A model generated the notes under the pieces. It made no database searches, was not told the DNA's origin, and saw nothing but the letters and a program-made list of their open reading frames with translations. A DNA stretch of 58,367 nucleotides, the filler included, from Platydemus manokwari (lineage: Eukaryota), in NCBI GenBank assembly GCA_037951405.1. It is 4 parts of 4 records of this genome, joined end to end, with 100 filler letters (N's around TTAATTAATTAA, not from the genome) between each part and the next. Parts side by side here need not be neighbours in the genome. Positions count along the whole stretch, not along the records: positions 1 to 23,474 come from JBBMOY010777757.1; 3 more parts are not named here. One strand, written 5' to 3'. Position 1 is the stretch's first letter; each line of letters starts with the position of its first letter. Shown piece after piece: positions 1-12,680 of the stretch. The translations under genes were made by a program, and so were the position numbers.

Positions 1-875
1 ATATATTTCTAATGTAGCCAAACACAATTGGACCACTGTCTCCGAATTGCATTGGGGTTAGTGTATTTGGGTTGTGGCCTTCCTCCTTTAAAGTATTCTC
101 TTTCCACAATAGTATGGTTATTAATAAAACACAGTTGTATCATATGTAATACGCGCCTCTGATTAGTTCATTCCTTCGTTTTGATACGATTGAATAAAAC
201 AGTCGCTTTATAACAAAAACCATAAAAACTGATAATTTTGATTGAGGCCATTATTTATTGTCTCAAAGCGAACAATTGTGGAGTTTCTTCGCTGCAAAGA
301 TAAAATTTCGAAATCTTGACAACTATTAATACGATAAAAAACTATAATTTAGCCGCGATTGAACCTATTATCACAATTCTATATATACACTCTCTCACTA
401 TCTATATTTCGATCTCACACACGTTTATTCTCGTCTATCCAAATTTGCTGGACACCTTATTTAACTAATTAAATTTACAACAAATACACAATAAAATCCA
501 ACTTAACGATGAATTTTTTATGGTAAAATAAACGCAGGCATTACGGATAAAAAATCGAAATATTCATCCTTTAAACTCAAAAAATTCAGTTTTAATTTTC
601 AAAATTCTTTCTATTAAAAAATTTACCAGTATAATAAAGCCCAAATTATACTTTTTTTAATATTCATTAAAAATATTACCAAAAAAAAAATTATAATTAA
701 AAGACAAAAAATTTATTGATAAAAAATTAAAGATATATCAAAATTAACATAAATCATAACAATTGCTAAAACATAAATCTATAAAATTTAAAATTCCAAA
801 CTTTATAATAAATGCTGATTCAAATATATTCCTATTTAATAGGAATTTAAATTAATGTTAACAATCAATAATTGT

Positions 876-891
876 GGTCCTAAAGAGGACC
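876..891 (-). promoter_or_regulatory. Histone mRNA 3' stem-loop
   Basis: Minus strand reads AAC-GGTCCT-CTTT-AGGACC-ACA: a 6-bp stem with 4-nt loop and typical flanks, 47 nt after the H3 stop codon. Confidence 0.93.
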
Positions 892-938
892 GTTAAGCAT
901 TCACATTATTTGATGACTATTAATTTAATAATCATAAC

Positions 939-1439
<501 letters not shown>

Positions 1440-4439
1440 TTATTTAAAATGTTTAATTTCTAAATATATCTGTTATTACCGTTTTTGAGAACAAACAAAT
1501 TAACAATTTTTTAACGAGTAAATTATAATTTTACTTATAATAATGAATGTATGGTAAACTGATTAACTATATGGTGCGGGGTTAGGGTACATCAAGAAGA
1601 CTAATAACAGAAATCACAATATTTGTTGGGTTATCAAAACTGAAACTGAATGCCGGTAATCTTCAACTATTAAATAAGCTGAGAATTCAAGCACTATTTC
1701 AGATATTATTTTGATATCATTAACTTTTGTATTACTGACAAATGAGAGTCATGAAAGTACTATTGCTAATGTAAAATTGTTCTCAAAATATTTAATGTGA
1801 GAATGACACGTCTATCTAAACAATATTATACAAACTATTTTTCTAACTCAACAACGTAAGTTCTACTTTGTTTATAACGATGAACAAATTTATTATTAAG
1901 AAAATAATTCTCACTACAATTTTGATTATTCTTTTGAGTAGTTTATGATTTATATATAATTATCGATATCAATAAGAGTATATGCTTCAAAGGCTAGAGA
2001 AATCGAAAAATAAACAATAATTGCATCGAAAAAACTAGAACTAAATTAAAAAAAACTTTTAATAATAGTAAAAAGATTATAGAAAAGCATTTTTCGATAA
2101 ATAAGCCGACGGTTTTAAAATTAGAATTATATTCATAAGCAATATAACTCTATCGAGATGATATTAAAAGAATATCTTCATCGTGGAAATAAAAATGGTA
2201 ACTTTTTATTCCAGAAATCATTACGGAATTTAAAATAATGAGAGAGATAAACACTCATATGGAGTAATCATATAAATATGGGGAAGAATCAATGGTCCAT
2301 GATCATTTGATTATGTGCTACGAATTATCAGATCATTTGTCAGTAAGCCTATAAGGTTGAGTAAGCGTTTAACATTGCAAACCACTGATCGATATTATAT
2401 TTTTTGTAACTTCCGATTATCGAGTTGTGTCCTAAAAATGTTTTGCTCCAAGAGTGTGGGGTTTATCAACCGTCGTTTATTCTTGAATTTCTTAAGTTAT
2501 AAGTCATAGGATCTGTTGTATATGGTATTTGTAAAATCCATTGTAATTTTTATGTGTCACTTTATTACTGGTTTTATATTGTAGTTTGCAATACATTTTT
2601 ATAAAATCAAAAGTTGGTTTAGATTAATTGACTTGAAATAAGTTAGTAAAAAACAATATGAATGACAATTGTTTTATGAAAGTCATATTTTTTCGCGTAT
2701 CCCTATTTATCGAACTTTGTCATATTGCAATTGATTTTGCCCAATATGAGGAAGGCGTTATAAACCTCAGACTTATCAGGGAAGTTATGCATCTGCTCGT
2801 AACATTTATTTTTAGGTGCATTTGATATCTAACAATATACTTTTGTAAAACTAAAGTTCCTGTCATTGATCGATTTAGCGTGATTGTATGGGGATCATTT
2901 CGTTAGTTGATAATAGCATCAATTTTATTATCATAAATCACCATCTGGTATATAGTGTGCTACAATTGTCAAAGTGAAGGCAGTAGCACAAATAATCCAA
3001 GTAGGCATGTACAAGAGACTGGTAGATAAGATAATTGAATCGATTAAGAACAACAGTACTGATGCCACTCTCACCATCTATATATTACTGATTTAATGCG
3101 GAGTGAAAGAACAACTATATGTATACGTGGTCTTAAAGGCGCCGAATTCACAGGGACTTAAAAAGAAGAAAGTAGTCTCAATTCAAAGAAAACATAATTA
3201 ATGTTAATATTCATTGAACTAAGTAAAAAAAACCCGAACATATAATTTTATTTTGCTTATTTCGTGTCAGCCTATTCATTGTGACATTTCTTTGACTTAC
3301 TATTTTAATACATTCTCTGTTTCCTCTTGTGATTATTGCTTTTTATCATAAGATATCCAATGATAAGTGGATACGAAGATCTTGGCTTGTTACCATATCT
3401 ATTTATTATGTGCATTTTTGGAAATAACTATTTGATCCTCGTTTTTTATTAGTATTTTGTCCATATCTAATTTATGTGTTTTTACCGTTTATAAGAAATT
3501 GGTGCTTTCTATTTGAGTTTGTTTTCTTGTTTTTCTGAGCGAAGTAAAGTGATGTAATGGTAAGTCGTTTAAATATTACTAAATATGTAACCGTTAGTTT
3601 ACATAGTCATAAAAGTACATGCTTCGCTTCGTTTAAATCAAGTAATGAAGAAACATTAAATTAGGGCTATATCAAGAAATGCACTGCGGACTATATGAAG
3701 AACAAGTTGTTGGTAGAAATCTCAGGTCAGTTGATATTTTTTCTCTTTTAATGAAAGAAAAGTATGATTATTCTAATAAAATTAATTACATTTATTATCA
3801 CAATTTTTTTGAATTTTGAATGTTTTCATTATGTTAATTTTCGTTCATTAACTGCATTGTTTGAATATTACAAGTAGATAATAATTCAAATGATAAAAAT
3901 CAACAAATAATCTTCCATGCTATTTTAATGATATTTCAAAGCAAAAACTATTTGAATGTGTCATTATCTGAATTCATTATAAATTATCATTATATTTGAA
4001 GAGAAGAATCATCTGTTATTATTCAAAATTTTAAATTTTTGTAAAACCCCCGATGAAAGTAATGAAATGAAATAAAATTTTATTCAATGCGAAAATTTCA
4101 AACGTGGAAATTGCCTCAGGTACTACAGTGGTATTCTAGTATTCAAAGTGGGAATGAATACTTATGTGCAAAGCAAATAAGAAGCTTGGTAATACATTTC
4201 TTCAACATCTATTTAATTTAGCAATCTTGGATTTCAAAGAAGCATTATTGTTTGTGAGGTTTTTTAAACTGAATATTAATAAATGTTTTGAATTGTGTTA
4301 TTTAACGATGAAATTGTTTTGTATTAATTTTTATTGTGTACTGATTTAAAATTTGATAAATATGAATGTTGGTTAGAATTTTGACATTGTAACTTGATTT
4401 AATTTAATCATATTTTATGCGATACATTGACAATGAATT

Positions 4440-6520
4440 GAAATCTTTTGATCTGATGATCTGGTCGTAAGCTATAAGTAAGCTATTTCTCTTATGTAAA
4501 TAACGGGTTCATCACATCTGGAACTACTTTTGGCTCCATTTATTTTCTTATGATAGTGGTCAATATTTCAGTATTTGAATCGGTATATATCAGCTTCTTG
4601 TATCCGACTTTGTTTCTCCCTGAAGGACTTGGGTTTATTTTGGCTAGTACATTAAATGTTTGTTGAATCTCAACTTCTTGGAAGTCGAGTGATGGTTCAT
4701 TTTGGATCCAATAAGTTAGGAGGCAGGGGTTGGAAAAATTTGTAATACAGGTCTTCAAAGATATTTTCATTTTGATTCCTTTCATAATGAGATTACATGT
4801 TCTCTTTATTTGGCTAACATTCACGTTCGTCATTCTTGCCAACTATAAAAGGCCGCTATTGATAAGTGTTTGTAAAGAAGTATTTATCAGTTATTAGATT
4901 TTTCTCTTTCGTCCATGCCATCGCGATTCCCGAGGTACGGGTTGGTAATTTCTTTAATGTTATTTAGTTCTTTGATGTGTGCAAGCCGCTACTCCTTTAC
5001 AAAATACGCATTGAAAACGAATTGAAAAGTCGTGAATCGAAATTATATTCGACTACAATATTAAAAAAAATTAATGTTTTATTTAAATTTGATTTAAAAA
5101 ATTTTCAAATTTCAATTCATTTTAAGATTTTCACAACGTGTTTGATATATTTTTGAAACATTGTCCAAGGAATTATTTGCAATCTTCCTGTTGAGTACAG
5201 AATCCGAGATCTTTCTAGTTTCTATCATCGAGTCAGGTTCGCATTTCCAGATAAGAACTTCATATTTTTGTGTTTATACTGAAGAAACATCGGTATTATT
5301 CTTCTATGATTTCATTCGAATAGAGGATCAGGAGGATTATAGTTTCTTTTATTGTGTCTACCACTATCAATGTCCATTGTTTCTATATTAGTAAGACTAT
5401 GGAAAATATTAGCTCCATTTTACTAAAATATTTGAGGTAGAGATATTCTATAATATTCCCAGTTTTGTCAAGGGCAAGCGAATTTCCAATGAGTGGGCCT
5501 AGGATGAATAATTTTTTGTCGTGAAGTCCTTGCAAATGAGAATTCGCTTACGATCTTCGTAAAATGCATAGTCTTTATAGTCAGTGTTCTCATCAAATAT
5601 AGGCTATTTATTTGGGTAATTTTAAGTTGCTCTCATAAGATCTGTTACTATCAATATTAACCAAAATGTTTTTACTCATCTTTAAGTATTTTTCAGCTTA
5701 ACCACAGATCAAGAGACCACAGTCATTGATATTGCTTTGAGGCTACCGATTAATGTATTTGGCTTATTTTGTAAGAATTGTGTAAGATTATTTGATTGTT
5801 TCCATTATGAATTAAGCTTTATTCATTGATTGTGGTATAAACAAGCAATAGGCGCTAAGGGGATCGATAATTTCAGTATTATCTTTGGTAGCTATAAAGA
5901 GGCACTAGTGTAGGTTTTTTGATATTAATCAATTAGCATTTCCTTACCTCATGAAGTCTTGGACGATTCAAAATTATGCATTGAGTGATGTAAGTATCTA
6001 CGTAAATTCTTCAGTCCATATTTATATGTTTGTTATATAGGTATCAATCTGTTTATTCAAGAATTAGAGAGGATTGTCATGCACTGAGGTATCGTATTTT
6101 GTATGCCCCTTAGTGCAATTTCATCATTTGTATGTAACAAATGGATTGATACTGATGAATGTCATTAGTGAGGGGTTTGAATACAGCAGCTTGTATTTAA
6201 TAATGTCAGTTTTCTTCATTTGATTGGTGATACTGGGGTTATATTAACATATTGTGTGACAGGCTTTGGTTTCAAATAAAATATATCTAGGTGAGACACT
6301 CCTGGTTGCGTTTGGTGTAGATAATAATGACAATTTCTGACAGTTTGTTCGGATGTCCTTTATAGTATCACGGATGAGGTCTTCTTTGCTACTTCTTCTT
6401 TTTTTCATACTGTTCGGAATATCGATATCTATTTTCAGTTTATTTTCCAACATCGTGATTTCTTCAATCAGATGTCTAATAATTTCATTTAAATGACAGT
6501 GATAAATAGACAATATAAGA
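4440..6520 (-). mobile_element. Decayed NeSL-clade-like non-LTR retrotransposon (Ulp1-type cysteine protease plus RT N-terminus)
   Basis: Minus strand order: NLH*CLFIATKDNTEIIDPLS (about 5855-5917; HW.L...D.L motif with TGG>TAG), then PQSNINDCGLLICG (5701-5742; QxNxxDCG), then INPSPSGRNKVGYKKLIYTDSNTEILTTII (ORF 4540-4842), resembling the 'SAPGPDGI.Y..L...D....L..IFN' pre-RT motif of RLE-type elements. Stops and frameshifts throughout. Confidence 0.65.
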
Positions 6521-6754
6521 TTAACATAAGCAACGCATTAGCTGAAAATTTATTTGTCAGATTTTTTATCACATAAAGTACAACATCAAGTATTAATTAA
6601 GCAGAAAAAGAATAAAATTTTAAATAAATCATCACAGATACCCAAACTGAATTAGAATATCAAGTTGAATAAATGTTAACTGGTAAAATACAAATTCAGA
6701 CACAAAGTGAAAGATAATGTATATGAGGAATAAAGATAAGAAAACATGATAAGT

Positions 6755-7195
6755 AAAGGTGACAAAACATAGTTTTAAAACCAATTTCACATTCTAATCA
6801 CAACACTTCTATATGATTATTTGAGTTTTTAAATTTAAATTTTTATAATTACAAATCGAGTTAGTTAATTACAGATATGCTTAATAATATCATTGGTTAT
6901 CTTTATAAAATAATTGTAAAAATTGAGAATATCTCTCAATTTGCTTTTAATGTTAAAAAAGAGGGTCCTCGCTGATTTTCAATAAATTGCAATCCGACCT
7001 TCTTTTTTCATTTTTTCAAATAATCAAATTTTAAGAGATTTTTTAGCTCTAGTTTATTTAATATTTGATTTCAAACAACTCAAATTCTTCTTAAGTACTT
7101 AAATAAAAAATTCAAAACGTTTTTAAAGAATATAATTAAATAAACTATATAGAATTTTGTAATACACTCGACCAATTTAATTTAACTTAAGCCTT
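6755..7195 (-). repeat. Dispersed AT-rich repeat family, copy 1
   Basis: The reverse complement aligns colinearly with 25830-26235 (shared blocks ctatatagtttatttaa, tttgaaatcaaatatta, caatttattgaaaat, gttgtgattagaat) and with both ends of 16700-16830. Confidence 0.8.
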
Positions 7196-8109
7196 TTAAA
7201 ACAACTAATTGATCACAGAATTAAAAATGTGTGTTCTGTTGAGATGAATAAATTGTTTTCTGTTTCTGTAAAAGAGGATTAATGGTATTCATTGGTGTTT
7301 TATCGATTTCATTTATTCAGGATTTAATTTTGATTTGCAAGTTAATTCGGAAATTTAAAACCAAAGGGGAAATAATCCCATGATAAATTAATATGAAATC
7401 AACATTTTTATGTCTAAAGTTCCGTCAGTGTGTTTCCCGAGTATCAATGAAGAGTCTTACATTTGTAACTCTTACTTGTTTTGAGAACATTATTCATTTA
7501 TCTTTTTCATTAAGAATCTTTCTTGATATTAATATTTTGTTTAAAACAACGAATCAGTTATTAATATTGATAAACATTGGCTACGGTTATTCTTGGTTTA
7601 TTTTGTTTTATATTTCGATTTTTTGACCAACAAACAAATACTTAATCAAAATATAATAAGGAGCTTAAAAATTTCTTCTCATTTTTATTTCAGGATAAAA
7701 GATTTAAAAAAGTTAAAATAATAAATTATCCCGTTAAAAATCAACTCAGTTCTGTCAGAAATCTAATAATGAATTCTGCAATGGATTTTTCTTAATGGTA
7801 AAATTAATGTGTAAAGAAAATTTGCTTTAATAATAATTAATGAAATCACTTTTGTCTTAATAAATGTTCCAGACATGATTATTAATAAATGAATTACTTA
7901 AACGCTTTACATACTGTAGCGGTTTAATCAATATCTAATGAGATTAGCGTAATTAAATCCTTTATTGGGAACAGCAAATCTAATATTTATCAAAATACAC
8001 GCAGCTTATTTTAGATATTTTTCTTTTATTAAAATTAATAAAATTATTTTCTCTTAACCAATATGCCAGACATCATTATTAATAAATGAATTGCTTAAAC
8101 ACATTAACG

Positions 8110-8130
8110 AAATTGTATTTATTGATGTTT
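8110..8130 (+). promoter_or_regulatory. Conserved 21-bp upstream element of GPCR paralogue A
   Basis: AAATTGTATTTATTGATGTTT, identical to 14837-14857. Both copies end 26 nt before the ATG. Confidence 0.65.
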
Positions 8131-8156
8131 AATTCGAAAAGATTTTATTTCATAAA

Positions 8157-9041
8157 ATGAATAGCACGTATATCGTTCTCAAAATATGTGGTCAGGAAAT
8201 TATTTTCATTGTACCGGTTCATCATTTTGTAATATTTTATATTATTTATATCATTGGAGCATTTTTAAATGGAACCCTTATATATTGTTATACCAAATAT
8301 ACGGTACACGTTTTAGGTAAAAGAGAAACCTTTAAGATAACAATGAAGATATTGACTGTCACCGATTTGGTGGCCTGCCTAATCATGATCATGATTGAAT
8401 CTCTCTTTCTAGTTCACGAAAAAGTTCATTTAGCATTAATGGTTATCAGCAATCGTATAATGGTCATTCTGCACTTATTGGAGTTTTTTATTTTCAATGT
8501 TCTGGCTATTGATAGACTTCTGGCTGTATTGAAACCATTAGCATCCAAATGGAATAAATCATTGATAATTAAAATTTTCATTGTGGGTATCTTTGGTTTG
8601 ATGATACCGATTGAAATAATTATCGAAACAATGTTGATAACAGATTTATTCAAATGCGAATATTTCGAAACCATGACAAACATAGCAGGGCAATATGATT
8701 TTGTTCTGATATTCATTTTTGTTCTAATTAATCTATCAATATATCTGACATTGATTGTGATATTTGTTTGGAAAATGTCCAAGTCGTCTGCGAACAATGA
8801 GATCAAAAGGAAAATTAAGAACATCATGAAGGTGTCAGTGGTATCTCTAGAGATAAGCATTTGTTTCACATTGACATTACTAACTCAATTTATCATCCGG
8901 ACTCAGAGCACGAGAAATAGCGATCTTGTTCAATTATGGTTATGCAGCATTAATTTTCTGACTAATGGTCTCATTTACGCTTTCAATAATCGATTTTTAA
9001 GAGATAAAGTCTGTAAAAGAAATGCAATTGATGTTTCATGA
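8157..9041 (+). CDS. Orphan rhodopsin-like (class A) GPCR, paralogue A, intronless, 294 aa
   Basis: Seven hydrophobic segments; TM1 N (FLNG), TM2 D (LTVTDL), TM3 LAIDRLLAVLKP, TM7 NGLIY (NPxxY-like), helix-8-like NRFLR; N-terminal sequon NST. Confidence 0.88.
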   Translation: MNSTYIVLKICGQEIIFIVPVHHFVIFYIIYIIGAFLNGTLIYCYTKYTVHVLGKRETFKITMKILTVTDLVACLIMIMIESLFLVHEKVHLALMVISNRIMVILHLLEFFIFNVLAIDRLLAVLKPLASKWNKSLIIKIFIVGIFGLMIPIEIIIETMLITDLFKCEYFETMTNIAGQYDFVLIFIFVLINLSIYLTLIVIFVWKMSKSSANNEIKRKIKNIMKVSVVSLEISICFTLTLLTQFIIRTQSTRNSDLVQLWLCSINFLTNGLIYAFNNRFLRDKVCKRNAIDVS

Positions 9042-10731
9042 AGATCATTTAAATGACAATAGCACTCGTGATATCCAATGATCATCATTGTTAGGAAAAA
9101 CTATATACTCACGTATTTATGCACACATATTGATTCTGAATATTAAAAGTATTGAAAAATAATTTTGGATTTACAGAAAATTGAAATATTGCAATGCATC
9201 GTACCTAGTCGTTATGTTTTATATTTTCAGCTACTTGTAATGCATTTGACTCTACGCACAGGGGCTAATATAGGATCAATAGGTTAATTAACATAAATGG
9301 TCATTTACTACTCGCATTTAATATTCGCTATGATGTTCTAATAACACATTTAATTTAGTTTGAACGCAAATTATTATTCCACCTAATTTAATATATTTTA
9401 AACAATTCGTTTTGAAGTCCATATCAAACATTTTCCTCATATTTCAAAAATTCAAGAGCTGATTACAGTTATGCTGGTTTCGATGTTCAACTCTTGATTT
9501 TGTTATCCTGGAATTGTTTTTTCCTCGAATATATATTTTCACATATTTTCATTCTTTCATAGGCTTCCTTAACTGCAGGATAAGAATATTCTTTCTTGAG
9601 ACATGTATTCAATTGACAATACGTTCGTTATTCTAAAATGACTTTTAGATTAATTTGCCTTAAATAGAGATTTTTTATTCTCTACTCAGTCTCCATTCAA
9701 ATCTATTTCTAAGTTCTTCTAAAGGTTTTTACAGTGCTTGTCCCATTGTTTATAATTGGGTTATTTGCAAGAGGTTACAATGTGTTCAATTTTTTTGCAA
9801 GAATCTCATTCTATTTGTCCCCTGTTATTTATTCGTTTCTAGATGCAATGATAAGAATAAGACGTCATAATTTTATTCAATCAAAACACATATTACGAAC
9901 ATTCAATCAAAATTTCAAGACAATAATTAACTTTTCCTTCACATTTTTTGTGTGGTAATCCAGATCTTAAATTTCCCTCTCATTTTCGTCAGTTTCTCAT
10001 CATGTATACACAAAACTCTATTTGAAGAATCATTTTGAATTTTTTAATTAAATATCATTCTCTAACTAATATCGTTTTTTACCACACATCAAAAATTTAT
10101 TCCGAAAATGATAATCAAACACACAATGTTCAAACTCAGTTTAACATTTGGTACCGGTTTCTCTCAACAACAATTATAAAATCTAATGGCTATCTTCAAA
10201 GATGGTTGAAATATAATCCCACCTATCAATGAATCTATATTTGACTTAATGAAGATTATATTAAATTTACAGAGAAATTGATAATATTTCAAAGATATTT
10301 AAATGGAATAAGAAAGTTAAGAAGGAATGAAAAAGAAATTTATCCAAAGAAATTTATCATGATATATTAAATGAGACATGCTTAGCTTCCAAGAAATGTT
10401 AAGTACAATTCAAATTGATTATTGTTAAATCATGTAAGGATCTAAATAAATGACGTGATCTGATTATTTAAGCTATTTAAAATTATATTTTTACAACGGA
10501 TTATTCACAACAAAACTTGTTTCAACAATTTATCAGTGGTTATTATCATTGATAAAATGAACTAAAATAAAACTTTATTTTGATATACAGCAAAATTATC
10601 ATATATTTAAGCCCGTTCATAATTCAAGAAAATGATAATAAAATAAAATTACAATAAGCCAATCCTGTTTAAATCAATAAGTAAAATGTTTTATATTTTG
10701 TCATTATTTAGCAAAAGCATATAATATTTCA

Positions 10732-11608
10732 TTAAATTGTGATATTTTGACAAATATTGCCTCTAATCATCCAATCTGTGCTTTCCTTCGTGGTGGTTAT
10801 ATCGATTCCGTATGTGTTAACCAGTTGCCTTATCTGTGTTGATATTGGGTAATACCAAAATGTTCCAGCTACAATGAAATTCCACTTTTTCCTTAAAACG
10901 TATGTCATTAAATCATTTATGTCAAATTTTGAGTTATGAGCAACTCCGAAAACAAGATTTTCGTGCTCAATGAGATTTTTATAATTTTCAATTAGATGGT
11001 AACATCTGACATAATCGAAACATTTTTTGTGGGATAAATAATATAAAAATCTGTTTCGCATCATACCATATATATTATTTTCATCAATAACCATTTCACT
11101 TTTAGGCAGAACAATCATTCGGCTATTCCTATAAGAACCAGTTGCCATAATGATCATATTCTTGTCACCTTGAAGTAGTGGAGTAGCTTGATATTTGTCA
11201 ATAATAGTGTATGTCGATGGATATCCATCACCATATTTGTAATATAGTCCATCCACTAATTGCATTGCTGCACTAGATATATCTCCTTGAAACTAAAATA
11301 CAAAAAGGATATGGTCGTAAAAATAAATTATGACTCACTAAATTATTGTATCGGTCATTAATAAATATCGTCACACGTGGGCATGCAGTATATGATTGGC
11401 ATATGTTCTCAAAAGAATACAAGTGACACATTGGTTCGTATTTATCGTATCTGTATGCTTTACAACAAGTCATCTTGCATTTATGCTCACATTCTGTACT
11501 GGAATTTGTTGATATCGACTGTAAACTATCGAAAACACAGGATCGCACAGGATGAAATTTAAGAGCATTGATATTAGCAAACAATATAATGAGTAGCCAG
11601 TAAAACAT
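10732..11608 (-). CDS. Secreted protein: signal peptide, PAN/apple-like Cys-rich domain and unknown C-terminal domain; 2 exons (11608-11339, 11292-10732), 276 aa
   Basis: The two track ORFs join in phase 0 through a 46-nt intron 11338-11293 (GTGAGT...TATTTTAG). Signal peptide MFYWLLIILFANINA; C-x3-C...C-KAYRY...C-x-L pattern typical of PAN modules. Confidence 0.78.
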
Positions 11609-12680
11609 TGCAAATAAAAGTCACAACATTTCTGATTCAAATATATATGATTGATGAACGGATGTTTACTTTAAATAAAATTTCATTGTTTGCCTATATT
11701 TCCGAAACATTGTCTGTTTCCATTGATAGTGAATGTAAAATATGTATTTCTATAATTATATCCAATTAAAGCAATTATTGATAAATAAGCCAGACAAAGC
11801 CTTTTATTTTTCCAAAGAAACAATAAGAAATTTGTTGTATTTATTGAGATCAAAATCATTAATGTCAGATTTTATTTATATTTCTGATAATCTGATTGGT
11901 TAACCGAATTAATTTACTGAATTAATTATCAAGCACTAGATTTCTTTAACGGATTTTTTATCACTCATTTAGATAATTACTTGTAATTTTCTCATCGAAA
12001 TGGTTCTTAAGCTTCAAATTATTAATGTTGGTTTTCGTGAATTTATTTACTGACACGTGAAATATTCAAAAATTTTATTCGTGCTTTTGTTGTCTCTAAT
12101 AAGAAGATTATTTCTAAAACAAATAATGTTATTATTTAGAAATTCTATAAGTATAATTAATATTTATAACATTGTTGCATTAAAAATAAGTAAATCTACT
12201 GTAAGCAACAAAAACATCAATATTTTCTATTTTTTGAAGTATTGGTAGGAATGTATACAACGTATATTAGAAAAAAACATTTATTGGTGATTTAAGAAGA
12301 TCGAAAAATATAAAGCAATATTTCAAAATTTTAAATAGTATGCTTGATATACATAATTTCTTATACATGGAAACTCATAAATAAATCCACATATTTTGCT
12401 AGCTATAATGTAAAGTAATATGTTTAAGAAATAAAATTAAACCAGTCTTGATAATTATAATGAACAACAATAAAACAAAGGAACACAACAGGAAAAAACT
12501 GCACTAGGTACAAATGCTGTTTAATTTAAAGGTATTAATCGAAAGAATAAAATCTGAAGGAATAAAAATAAAAAGATCCAATGATGAACTTGAAGAAATA
12601 AAAATATAAAAAATAAATAGAGATAACGGAATATAGCTAGCTAGACGAGTTGAATTTTGAGAAAAACTCAAATTATTTCT

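Noticed and set aside
1579-1589. GGGTTAGGGTA, also near 27069; telomere-like
   Set aside because: Fewer than two units; not an array.
3138-3160. GGCGCCGAATTCACAGGGACTT resembling a tRNA-Lys primer-binding site
   Set aside because: It needs gaps, lacks the leading TGG, and has no adjacent LTR end or gag.
8426-8869. Antisense ORFs over the GPCRs (also 15015-15266), H3 (1119-1364), URI (25050-25241) and otopetrin (42664-42927)
   Set aside because: Shadow frames of real coding strands with no independent motifs.
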